This document shows positions 8,930 through 18,108 of a stretch of DNA of 64,000 bases, piece after piece. This DNA comes from Acidobacteriota bacterium. GTDB lineage: Bacteria; Acidobacteriota; UBA6911; RPQK01; JAJDTT01. The notes below the pieces were generated by a model. It worked only from the letters and a program-made list of their open reading frames with translations. It did not search any database and had not been told where the DNA came from. The stretch covers positions 1,952,001 to 2,016,000 of the forward strand of contig OZ253580.1 of NCBI GenBank assembly GCA_965263035.1, in the 5' to 3' direction. How positions within the stretch are numbered: the stretch's first letter is position 1; every line of letters starts with the position of its first letter. Position numbers and translations under genes: made by a program.

Positions 8930-9376
8930 TCAGTCGATCTCGAACGTTACTGAAGTGCGGACGGAGTTGGCGATGAAACACTCCTTGTGTGCAAGTTCGT
9001 GGATCTTCTCCAACCCTTCGGGAGATGGTGGCAGGGATCCAAAGGAGACCTTGGGATGGAGAACCACACGAGTCACGGCCAACTTCCCATCCGCGTTCTT
9101 CTCCAGGAATCCTACCGCTGCATCCTGGTAGCGATCCACGACCAGCCGCTTTCGAGCAGCGATCGCGAGAAAGGTGAGCATATGACAACTCGCGAGTGAC
9201 GCAACATATGCCTTTTCGGGATCGACCAGGTTCGGATTCCCAAAGAAGGCGGGCGCTGCGGACGCACTGACTCGAACCCCACCCTCAAACTTCCAAGTGT
9301 GATCGCGGGAGTAGGACCGGTACTTGAATTCGACAGAGCCCCTTTCCCATTCCACTGTCGCGTGATGCTCCGACAT
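8930..9376 (-). CDS. OsmC/Ohr-family protein
   Basis: YSRDHTW, VDPEKAYVASLASCHMLTFL, AHKECFIANSV with two conserved Cys. Start taken as MSEHHATVEW. Confidence 0.9.
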   Translation of the reverse strand: MSEHHATVEWERGSVEFKYRSYSRDHTWKFEGGVRVSASAAPAFFGNPNLVDPEKAYVASLASCHMLTFLAIAARKRLVVDRYQDAAVGFLEKNADGKLAVTRVVLHPKVSFGSLPPSPEGLEKIHELAHKECFIANSVRTSVTFEID

Positions 9377-9660
9377 GTCTCGATTCCTCTGATCTGTGGT
9401 GAAATTACCTTTCCCGTCCTCCACGGCCGATTTCGGCTGGGAGCCCCACAAGACGACCCCTCTTCAAACGCGATGACAAATGCGAGGCTAAGGCCCTATA
9501 CCCTACTCCCTTGCCCCGACCGAGATCGCCGATCGCAGGCCTCGTCATGCACTCGATTATTTCGTGGACCCAGCTTGACTGAAATCGCGTGGTGCAGTCG
9601 CCAAGTCCCGACTCGCCGCCGCGCTTGAAGCCCTGGAACATCCGGCGCATCATGATCGCC

Positions 9661-12600
9661 ATGAGACAAATTTCATTTTCCCGTATTCAACCGGCTGCGA
9701 TTCAGCCTCAGACAGTCCAACCCGCGAATCGAAGCAGGCTCCACGGGTTTCTGATGCTCGTGACTCTGCTTCTGCCTCTCGCCTGCACGGGCGGTCCGGA
9801 TGAGGAACGGGAAGAGTGGCGGCGGATCACCGATATCTCCAGAAATCCGGATCAGCTCCGCGAGTACCTGAAACCGATACCGGCGCTGGATCCGGCCGAA
9901 TCCCTGAAGACCATCGAGGCCGCCGAGGGCTTCCGGGTGGAACTGGCTGCCCACGAGCCTCAGGTGGTGGAACCGTTGTCCGCCACCTTCGACGAGAACG
10001 GGCGCATGTACGTGGCCGAGTTCTACGGCTACCCGCGCCAGCCGCGGCCCGGCGAGGCCGGCACGGGCCGGATTCGGATGTTGGAGGACCGGGACGGAGA
10101 CGGCTACTACGAAACGGCCCAGGTCTTTGCCGACAAGCTGGTCTGGCCCACCGGCGTGGCGGTCTGGAAAGGGGGGCTCTTCGTCTCGGCGCCGCCGGAC
10201 GTCCTCTACTTCAAGGACACGGACGGCGACGGCCGGGCCGACGTCCGGAAGCAGATCTATACCGGTTTCGGCGTCACCAACGAGCAGCAGATGCTCAACA
10301 ACATCATGTGGGGCGTCGACCACAAGATCTACGCCTCCACCGGCGGCAACGGCGGCTACATTCGTCCGGGAGGCCAGCCCGAGGCCGAGCCCGTCTCCGT
10401 CTACAACCGGGACTTCCGCTTCAGTCCGGTGAGCCTCGAAATGGAGCTCACCAACCAGACCTTTCAGTTCGGGTACACCTTCGACGAGTGGTTCAACCGC
10501 TACGTCTGCCGGGCGGGATCCTTCGGCCGGCATGTGGTCATGCCGCCCGGATACCTGGAGCGGAACCCCTACCTCTTCTTCGACCTCCACGGGTACCTGA
10601 CCATGGGTTCCATGGAGGTCAACCCGCTGACCCAGGGACGGCTCCCCATCTACCGGAGCAGCCCCATCGAACGGTGGCGCAAGATTCGGGAGGCCCGGCG
10701 GATCTTCGCGGGAAGAATCGCGCGGCTCGAAGAGGGCGGCCGGGAGAACTACCAGGAGTTCGCCGCCGCTTGGGCGGGAGTGAAAGTCTACACCGGACAC
10801 GCGTATCCGGAGGAGTACCGGGGCAATATCTTCACCGGAGCCGCCACTGCCAATCTGTTCCACCGGCGCGTCCTGGAACCCGACGGTGTCACCTTCAAAG
10901 CGGTTCGCCGCGAACCCGAAGGCAAGGAATTCCTTCGTTCCAGCCACAACTGGTTCCGTCCCATCAACTCGGTCAACGCTCCCGACGGGACTCTCTACGT
11001 GCTGGACATGTGCCGCGAACTGGTTGAGCACGGCCACGTCCCGGAACGGGTTCTCGAGCATCTGGATTTCTCCCGAGGTTCCGAACACGGACGGATCTAC
11101 CGGGTGGCGCCGCTCGATTTCAAGACGCCTCCGGCACCCCGGCTGGGCGAGGCCGGCATTCAGGAGCTGGTGGGACATCTGGAGCACCCTGGCGGCTGGT
11201 GGCGGGAGACGGCGCACCGGCTCATCTTCGAGCGCCAGGACAAAGCCGCGGTGCCGCTGCTGCGGCGCCTGCTGAAGGAGAGCGAGCGTCCGCTGGCCCG
11301 GATGCACTCCTTCTGGTCGCTCCACGGATTGGGCGCTCTCCGGAACGAGGACGTGGCCCGGGCGTTGTCCGATTCCTCCCCCGGGGTCCGGGAGCACGCC
11401 GTGCCGCACGCGGAGCAGCGGATGAAGCGTTCCGGACGGCTCTTCCGGAAGATCCTGGAGCTGGCCGGGGACGAGAATCCCCGGGTGCGCCTGCGGGTAG
11501 CCCTGGCTCTGGGAGAGATCGGGGACCGGCGGGTTCTCCCGGCCCTGGTGAAGATCGCCCGCAGCGATGCCGGAGACCGCTGGATCCGAAACTCGGTCCT
11601 GAGCTCCAGCACCCGCCTGGCCGACCGGCTCTTCACGAAGCTGGCGGACCTGGAAGAGTTTCAGCAGGAGCCGCTCGCGGGACAGTGGCTGCCTCCGTTG
11701 GCCCGCGTCGTCGGGGGCCGGGGCAAAGCCTCGGAACTCCGCCGTCTGACCCGAGCGGCGGCCACCCACGCAGCGCTGGCCTCACAGCCGGACCTGCAGT
11801 TGGCCATCGTGACCAGCCTCGCCGAGGGACTCGCCATCGACGGCCGGACTTTCACCCGCCTCAACAACATCCATCCGGCAGCCACCCGCATGATCCGCAC
11901 GCACTTCGAGGCCGCTCTCGCGGCGGCTGCCGACATTGAGGTCCCCGAAGAAAAACGCCTGGCGGCGATTCGGCTGATCCGGCACGCCACTCTTGAAGAG
12001 GTCCAGGAGGCCCTGACGAATCTGATCGATCCCCGGCAGCCCCAAGCGGTGCAGCTCGCCTCCATCGAGGCTCTGGCCGGCTACGACGATTCGGAGATCG
12101 CCCCGCTCCTGCTGGAGTCGTGGGGCGCCCAGACGCCCAAAGTCCGGGGCGGCGTCCTTTCGGGAGTGCTGTCGCGGGCGGAATGGACCCGCGCCCTGCT
12201 GGACGCCATCGAGTCCGAGACGGTGCCGGCCCACCAGATCGACGCCAAACGCCGCGAGCTCCTGACGAACCACAACGACCAGGGGATCCGCGACCGGTCT
12301 CTGCAACTCTTCGAGGCCTCCACGCCCGGTGACCGGCTGGAGGTTCTGGCCAACTACCAGGCCTCCTTGACGCTGCCGGGAGACCGGGGACGCGGCGAGA
12401 AGGTCTACCGCCGCGAATGCATCAAGTGCCATCGGTTGGGCTCCACCCGGCATCTGGTCGGTCCGAATCTTATCGTGGCCGGCTACCAGGACCGGGATAC
12501 GCTCCTGACCAGCATCCTGGATCCGAACCGGGTCGTGGAGCCCCAGTTCACCCAGTACGTGGTGACCGACCGGAAGGGCCGTCTCTACACCGGCCTCATG

Positions 12601-12873
12601 GCCCAGGAGACGGCAGCCAGCATCACCCTGGTGGAGAGCGAGGAGTTGCAGAACACTCTGCTGAGGAAGGACATCCATGAGATTCGAGCCACCGGGCAGT
12701 CCCTGATGCCGGAGGAGCTGGAAGAAACCATTTCGCAACAGGAGATGGCGGACCTGATGACCTTCATCCTGGACTACCAATACGATATCGGCGCCGAGGG
12801 CGGAGGTTACGGTCCCGGGGAGGAGGTCTACGGAGTGCCCCTCGAGACGCGCCGTTTCACCTCGGGGCCGTGA
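9661..12873 (+). CDS. PVC-type membrane-bound dehydrogenase domain / heme-binding CxxCH protein
   Basis: EGFRVELAAHEP, FDENGRMYVAE, HEAT-like middle, C-terminal CIKCH...VGPNL...SLMPEELE. Start uncertain. Confidence 0.88.
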   Translation: MRQISFSRIQPAAIQPQTVQPANRSRLHGFLMLVTLLLPLACTGGPDEEREEWRRITDISRNPDQLREYLKPIPALDPAESLKTIEAAEGFRVELAAHEPQVVEPLSATFDENGRMYVAEFYGYPRQPRPGEAGTGRIRMLEDRDGDGYYETAQVFADKLVWPTGVAVWKGGLFVSAPPDVLYFKDTDGDGRADVRKQIYTGFGVTNEQQMLNNIMWGVDHKIYASTGGNGGYIRPGGQPEAEPVSVYNRDFRFSPVSLEMELTNQTFQFGYTFDEWFNRYVCRAGSFGRHVVMPPGYLERNPYLFFDLHGYLTMGSMEVNPLTQGRLPIYRSSPIERWRKIREARRIFAGRIARLEEGGRENYQEFAAAWAGVKVYTGHAYPEEYRGNIFTGAATANLFHRRVLEPDGVTFKAVRREPEGKEFLRSSHNWFRPINSVNAPDGTLYVLDMCRELVEHGHVPERVLEHLDFSRGSEHGRIYRVAPLDFKTPPAPRLGEAGIQELVGHLEHPGGWWRETAHRLIFERQDKAAVPLLRRLLKESERPLARMHSFWSLHGLGALRNEDVARALSDSSPGVREHAVPHAEQRMKRSGRLFRKILELAGDENPRVRLRVALALGEIGDRRVLPALVKIARSDAGDRWIRNSVLSSSTRLADRLFTKLADLEEFQQEPLAGQWLPPLARVVGGRGKASELRRLTRAAATHAALASQPDLQLAIVTSLAEGLAIDGRTFTRLNNIHPAATRMIRTHFEAALAAAADIEVPEEKRLAAIRLIRHATLEEVQEALTNLIDPRQPQAVQLASIEALAGYDDSEIAPLLLESWGAQTPKVRGGVLSGVLSRAEWTRALLDAIESETVPAHQIDAKRRELLTNHNDQGIRDRSLQLFEASTPGDRLEVLANYQASLTLPGDRGRGEKVYRRECIKCHRLGSTRHLVGPNLIVAGYQDRDTLLTSILDPNRVVEPQFTQYVVTDRKGRLYTGLMAQETAASITLVESEELQNTLLRKDIHEIRATGQSLMPEELEETISQQEMADLMTFILDYQYDIGAEGGGYGPGEEVYGVPLETRRFTSGP

Positions 12874-12887
12874 CATTAAGACGAGCG

Positions 12888-12981
12888 CTGGGAGCGGGGG
12901 TTTTTAACCCCCGATTGGGAGCGGCGGTTTCCAACCGCCGATTCTTGGGTTCATGGGGGACAAGAATGTCCCCCCTCCCAG
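12888..12981. repeat. REP-like palindrome cluster
   Basis: GGGAGCGGGGGTTTTTAACCCCCG, GGGAGCGGCGGTTTCCAACCGCCG, GGGGGACAAGAATGTCCCCCCTCCC. Confidence 0.75.
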
Positions 12982-13065
12982 GGGATCCTGAACAAATTTC
13001 GCGCTACAAATTTTCGGCGAAACTCTGACTTTGATGTTCCGTCGCAAAAGGATCAGAATGCGAGA

Positions 13066-13299
13066 GTGTTTTCCGACCAGAAACGAACGATCATCTACTT
13101 TGACGCCGAAGTCCACCAGTCATTGCGACTTAAATCGATCGAGACTGGGCGGAGTCTCTCCGACTTTGTCAATGAGGCTGTCCGCCTCGCGCTAGACGAA
13201 GACTCTGAGGATTTAGCCGCATTCGAGGAAAGAGCCGCTGAAGAGAACATCTCGTTCGAAGACGTGGTGGAAGACATGGCACGGCGGGCCCTGATTTAA
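13066..13299 (+). CDS. CopG/ribbon-helix-helix antitoxin-like protein (orphan)
   Basis: KRTIIYFDAEVHQSLRLKS...SLSDFVNEAVR...EDLAAFEERAAE..ISFEDVV. Confidence 0.75.
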   Translation: MFSDQKRTIIYFDAEVHQSLRLKSIETGRSLSDFVNEAVRLALDEDSEDLAAFEERAAEENISFEDVVEDMARRALI

Positions 13300-13457
13300 C
13301 AGCCCGTGGCAAAAGTCATCACGGCATTCGACCGTCCCTGCATCCCGGCGGACGGCGTTGCGATTCGGGCACATACTCCCGGTATGCACCCGAATCGCGC
13401 CTTGTCCGGCGGCCGCAGGAACGGTCTCGGTGCTCGCGGGACTTTCACCACGGACTG
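13300..13457. mobile_element. MITE family A, copy 1 (158 bp)
   Basis: TIRs CAGCCCGTGG/CCACGGACTG, TTAA duplicated on both sides; near-identical copy at 21068. Confidence 0.9.
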
Positions 13458-13540
13458 TTAAGTCTCTGACCCGGCCATCGACCATAACGGAGAGCGAGAT
13501 GCGATTTCCTAAGAGGCCGACCGCCGGTCGCTGACGATTT

Positions 13541-16303
13541 ATGAAGACGATCACCACCCTCTGGACCCTGCTGCCGTTTCTCGTCACCTTGGAATTCGCT
13601 CAAGGCGCCGAGTTCAAGATCGTGCATGAGGGATTCGATAGCTTCTCCAAGGGCAGCTTCGAACATGCAGGACAGGACATCTACGTCTCCCGCGGCGGCC
13701 GCCTCCAGTTGATTCGACGCTGGGACCTGAACAACGACGGCTACTACGACCTCCCCTTCGCCAGCACCCACAACGTGATGGTGGGCAGCGTCGACGCTCT
13801 GGGCTACCTGCAGACCAACCGCGGTTACCGGTCGATCCTCTCGCCCTTGCACCGGTCCCTGGCCCTGTACGACCTGTGGCTGCAGGAGGAGAAGAGCCGC
13901 TCCAGCACGCTCCGGCTTGCGGCCGACCGCCCCAGCGCCGTCCTCTTCAGCGACGTCGATGGTGACGGCCATCCCGACATCGTCTTCGCTTCCTCGGGGC
14001 TGGGGGACACCCCCTTCTCCGACAGCCTCATCTACTGGGGGTCCGAATTCGGCTACCGGCGCGAGTCCCGCTCCGCACTGCCTACGGCGGGGGCCCGGGA
14101 CGTGGCCGTGGGAGACCTGAACCAGGACGGCCGGCAGGACGTGGTCTTCGCCAACCGGACAGGCCCGGGCCGGGCGAATCCGGGGTCCTACATCTACTGG
14201 GGGTCCAACGATTTCTATGGGGAACGTCATCGCAGCGCCGTGCCCACCGAGGGCGCCGTTGGCTGCCGGATCGCCGATCTGGACGCAGACGGCCACCCTG
14301 ACCTGGTCTTCGCCACCGCTGGCGAAGAGGGAGGACTCGAGATCTACTGGGGACGCGAGAAGGGGCCCGATCCGGAGTCGGCGGCGCGGTTTCAGATCCC
14401 CGGCCTGGTATCGCTGGAGACCGCCCGGACCGGGGATCGGACCACGGTGCTGGCAGCGCTGTCGCAGACGAAGCTGCAACTCTTCGAGTTCCAGTCCCGC
14501 CGGCCGGTCCTGCGGAAGACCGTGAACCGGGGCGGAGCGAGGGTCCGTCTGACGGACCTGGACGGGGACGGCAGGCTGGAGATCATCTTGGCCGGCGGGG
14601 ACGCCTCGGCGGTCATCTGGGGCAAGGACGGCTCGGAAACTCCCGTACCGACACTCAACGCCAGGGATGTGGCCGTCTCCGATCTCAACCGGGACGGCTT
14701 TCCCGAGCTCATCTTCGCCAACTACTCCGAGGGAACGTACGGCAACCTGGACGTCTCCTCTTATGTCTACTGGGGAAGCGTTCATGGGTATGCCGACGCG
14801 CGCCGGACTGACCTCCAGACCTTCGGCGCCGCCGCCGTGGCCGTCGGCGACCTGAACGGCGACAACCGGCAGGACCTGCTCTTCGGAAACACGGGAAGCG
14901 GGATCTCCGGGGGCAAGGACGAATTCGTCTACGTCTACTGGGGACGACCCCACCGCGGCTATTCTCCCGCCTTCGTCAGCCGCTATCCCTGCGTCATGGC
15001 CATGGGCGTCGCCATGGTCGATCTGGATGACGACGACCATGCGGAGTTGCTGGTGGCCAATTCGGGACGGCACTACTCGGGCTTGCCCGGAGCCAGCTAC
15101 CTGTACTGGGGGACCCCTGACGGACCCGCGGTGGAGAAACGCAGCGAATTCGACCTCAACGAGAACGGTTCCTGGGAGATCGCCGACCTGAATCGGGACG
15201 GCTGGCTGGACATCGTGGGATTCGATTTCGACACGCTTTTCCTCGCCTGGGGAGGCCCCCGGAAATTCTCGGATCCCGACCGCCAGATCCGGATTCCCGG
15301 CGTGGCCCACCTGGGCCAGAACTGCCGGCTGCTCGATATCGACCGGGACGGCTGGCTGGACATCCTGGCCGCCGACATCGGAAGTCCCTACAGCAAGATT
15401 CTGCTGGGCGGACCCGAAGGCTATTCGTCCGAACGGGTCCAACTGTTGAAGGAGCCGGGAATCGGCAACGTGGAGGTGGCGGACCTGGACGCCGACGGCT
15501 GGCTGGATCTGGTCCTGCTGCGGCCCTATTCCAGGGATGACGGGGTGGACCGGGCCGACTCCTGGATCAAGATCTACCATGGGAACGACCGCGGGCTGGA
15601 GACCGAACCCAGGTTCGAGTTTCCCACCGTGGGGGCCATCGACGTGGTGGCGGCGGACTTGAACGGGGACGACCGCCTCGATCTGGCCGTCTCCCAATAC
15701 GAGTCCCGCAGCCACCGGAAGCTTCCGGTCCTGCTCTTCTGGAACGACGAGCAAGAGGGATTTTCGGGGCGGCGCCGCACCGACCTGCCGGGCGAGTCCC
15801 CTTCGGCTCTGATGGCGGCGGACATGGACTACGACGGGCACACCGATCTGCTGGTGGTGAACCACAAGCTCTCGGTGGGCGAAGACAACCACAGTGCCGA
15901 GAGCTATCTCTACTGGGGCGCTCAGGACGGATTCTCGGTCGCGAATCGGAGCTACTTGCCGGCACCGGGCCCGCATTTTCTGCAGAACGTGGATGTGGGC
16001 AACCTGGCGACCCGGAAACCCGAAGCGTCCTTCACCTCGCCGGCGCTCGATTTTTCCGCATGGCCGAAAGAGGTCAAGCTGACCTGGCAGGGAGAAACCC
16101 CGCGAGGATCCCGGATCCTCCTTCTGGCCCGTTTTGCACCCGACCGCGGCGGTCTTGAGAACGCCGTCTGGAAAGCGGTCCCGGAATCCGGCCGGCTCTC
16201 GCGAGGGGAGGGTGATTCCTGGCTCCAATACCGGGCCACGCTGATCGCCGGTATGGGTTACGCCTCCCCCTATCTGACCCGGGTGACGATTCGGGCCGAC
16301 TAA
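13541..16303 (+). CDS. Secreted FG-GAP/VCBS repeat protein
   Basis: Signal peptide; many DLNxDGxxDL and YIYWG repeats. Confidence 0.9.
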   Translation: MKTITTLWTLLPFLVTLEFAQGAEFKIVHEGFDSFSKGSFEHAGQDIYVSRGGRLQLIRRWDLNNDGYYDLPFASTHNVMVGSVDALGYLQTNRGYRSILSPLHRSLALYDLWLQEEKSRSSTLRLAADRPSAVLFSDVDGDGHPDIVFASSGLGDTPFSDSLIYWGSEFGYRRESRSALPTAGARDVAVGDLNQDGRQDVVFANRTGPGRANPGSYIYWGSNDFYGERHRSAVPTEGAVGCRIADLDADGHPDLVFATAGEEGGLEIYWGREKGPDPESAARFQIPGLVSLETARTGDRTTVLAALSQTKLQLFEFQSRRPVLRKTVNRGGARVRLTDLDGDGRLEIILAGGDASAVIWGKDGSETPVPTLNARDVAVSDLNRDGFPELIFANYSEGTYGNLDVSSYVYWGSVHGYADARRTDLQTFGAAAVAVGDLNGDNRQDLLFGNTGSGISGGKDEFVYVYWGRPHRGYSPAFVSRYPCVMAMGVAMVDLDDDDHAELLVANSGRHYSGLPGASYLYWGTPDGPAVEKRSEFDLNENGSWEIADLNRDGWLDIVGFDFDTLFLAWGGPRKFSDPDRQIRIPGVAHLGQNCRLLDIDRDGWLDILAADIGSPYSKILLGGPEGYSSERVQLLKEPGIGNVEVADLDADGWLDLVLLRPYSRDDGVDRADSWIKIYHGNDRGLETEPRFEFPTVGAIDVVAADLNGDDRLDLAVSQYESRSHRKLPVLLFWNDEQEGFSGRRRTDLPGESPSALMAADMDYDGHTDLLVVNHKLSVGEDNHSAESYLYWGAQDGFSVANRSYLPAPGPHFLQNVDVGNLATRKPEASFTSPALDFSAWPKEVKLTWQGETPRGSRILLLARFAPDRGGLENAVWKAVPESGRLSRGEGDSWLQYRATLIAGMGYASPYLTRVTIRAD

Positions 16304-16323
16304 CCACTCCAGGAGAAGCAGAT

Positions 16324-17694
16324 ATGTCCGACAGTTGGCTGACCGCCTACGTCGAGCGGGGTCCCAGATGCCGAGAACTCTTCGAGCAGGCGAAGCGTAA
16401 TACCGCCGGTGGCGTCGGTCACGACCTGCGATTTTCGTTTCCCTTCCCCCGCTATATCGATCACGCCGTGGGGTCCCGAATGTGGGACGCGGATGGAAAC
16501 GAGTACATCGACTACGGCATGGGAAACGCGGCCTGTCTGCTGGGCCACTCCCCTCCCGAAGTGCTGAACGCCGTCCGCGAGGTGATCGGCAACGGACTCC
16601 ACTTTGGAATGGATCACCCGGTCCAGGTCGAGTGGGCCGGCCTGATCCAGCAGTTGATTCCCTCAGCCGCGCGCGTTCGTTTCGTCAACTCCGGGACGGA
16701 AGGTTCGATGCTGGCGTTGAGAGTTGCCCGGGCATTCACCCGGCGCACCAAGGTACTCCGTTTCGAGGGCCATTTCAGCGGCTGGCACGACTACGTGGGC
16801 AAGGGCGCCATGCCTCCATTCGACGAATCGATCTCAGCCGGCATCCCTCCCGCCACCCTGGACACCATCGTGGTGATTCCTGCCGATCTTGACCTGGTGG
16901 AGGAGACGCTCCGCAACGATCCCGACATTGCCGCCGTGATGCTGGAGCCGTCCGGCGCGTCGTGGGGCCGGGTCCCTCTGAGTCCCGATTTCAACCACGA
17001 GCTGCGCCGCCTGACCGCGGATCACGGGGTGCTGTTGATCTACGACGAAGTCATCACCGGCTTTCGGTACAGTCCGGGCGGCTACCAGGGACTCGTGGGA
17101 ATCACACCCGACATGAGCGTTCTGGGAAAGATCATGGCGGGCGGACTCCCCGCCGGAGCCCTGGTGGGCCGGACCGACATCATGAGCTTGTTCGATTTCA
17201 CGGGAGATCCCCGCCACGATCGGCACGAGAGGATCCAGCATCTCGGCACTTTCAACGCCAACCCCCTTTCGGCGGCAGCCGGGATCGCCACCCTGAAACA
17301 GGTCGCGACCGGCCGGCCCCAAGCCCAAGCCGACCGCATGGCCGCGCTGCTTCGCGACGGCATGGAGGAGATTCTGGAAAGGGAGCGGGTGGCCGGTTAC
17401 GCCTACGGAGACTCTTCCGGTTTCCATGTCTACCTGGAAGCCCACCCCGGTTCGGGCGCCACCGATCGCGTTGCGGTTCGAACCACCGACGCCACCCGGC
17501 TGAAGGGGATACCCGGAAAGGTCGTGTCCGCGTTTCAAAAGAATCTTCAAATCAGAGGCGTCGATGTACTCTCCTTCACGGCAGGAGTGACCTCCGCCGC
17601 CCATTCGGAAGAAGACATCGGTGAGACCCTCAACGTCTTTCAGGACACCATCCGGACACTGGTCCACGACAAGATCATCGCCCAACTGGCCTGA
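16324..17694 (+). CDS. Class III aminotransferase (glutamate-1-semialdehyde aminomutase-like)
   Basis: DADGNEYIDY, RFVNSGTEG, LIYDEVITGFR, LGKIMAGGLP, GTFNANPLS. Confidence 0.9.
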   Translation: MSDSWLTAYVERGPRCRELFEQAKRNTAGGVGHDLRFSFPFPRYIDHAVGSRMWDADGNEYIDYGMGNAACLLGHSPPEVLNAVREVIGNGLHFGMDHPVQVEWAGLIQQLIPSAARVRFVNSGTEGSMLALRVARAFTRRTKVLRFEGHFSGWHDYVGKGAMPPFDESISAGIPPATLDTIVVIPADLDLVEETLRNDPDIAAVMLEPSGASWGRVPLSPDFNHELRRLTADHGVLLIYDEVITGFRYSPGGYQGLVGITPDMSVLGKIMAGGLPAGALVGRTDIMSLFDFTGDPRHDRHERIQHLGTFNANPLSAAAGIATLKQVATGRPQAQADRMAALLRDGMEEILERERVAGYAYGDSSGFHVYLEAHPGSGATDRVAVRTTDATRLKGIPGKVVSAFQKNLQIRGVDVLSFTAGVTSAAHSEEDIGETLNVFQDTIRTLVHDKIIAQLA

Positions 17695-17720
17695 CAAGAA
17701 GTTGCCATTGGAGCGCGACG

Positions 17721-17780
17721 TGGAGCGGCGGCTTTCTTGCCGCCGATTGGGGGGTCAAGGGGGGCGAAAGCCCCCCTCCG
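17721..17780. repeat. REP-like palindrome pair
   Basis: TGGAGCGGCGGCTTTCTTGCCGCCG...GGGGGCGAAAGCCCCCCTCC; same family as 60913. Confidence 0.75.
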
Positions 17781-17878
17781 CGCTTCCTTCAAGCGATCCC
17801 TGTTTCCGCACGAATAAAGGAACAATCGTCAGCTTCAACTATGCTGGGAAGAAGGAGGCGAAAAATGACCCACCCTAG

Positions 17879-18037
17879 GAGCCTGCGCGGCAGAAATTGA
17901 TCTACTGCGAAAGCGGTAGAATCGGTCCATATTTCCCCGATTTCTCGGCGAATAGAACGACTATGCACCTCAAAATCGAGAAAATCTGGCCTCGATTCCC
18001 CGCTTTCTCGCTACGATCATTCCTACCGCGCAGACTC
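17879..18037. mobile_element. MITE family B, copy 1 (159 bp)
   Basis: TIRs GAGCCTGCGCGG/CCGCGCAGACTC, CTAG duplicated; copies at 38204 and 62192. Confidence 0.92.
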
Positions 18038-18108
18038 CTAGCAAGCACCAGAATCCAGACCACCGAGTTTCGCGCCTGCCCTTCACCCCATATCTACGAC
18101 GAGCCCAT

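Noticed and set aside
9395-9416. Possible degenerate seventh array site (GAAATTACCTTTCCC)
   Set aside because: Only the right half is similar; the GGGGACAG core is absent.
12955-12981. GGGGGACAAGA(A/C)TGTCCC motifs (also near 22945 and 61109) as array sites
   Set aside because: They have a different palindrome centre, lie inside intergenic REP clusters and show no gene truncation.
9673-16228. Long antisense ORFs (e.g. 9673-11769, 13445-16228) and similar ones elsewhere
   Set aside because: Shadow ORFs of GC-rich genes on the opposite strand; no recognisable motifs.
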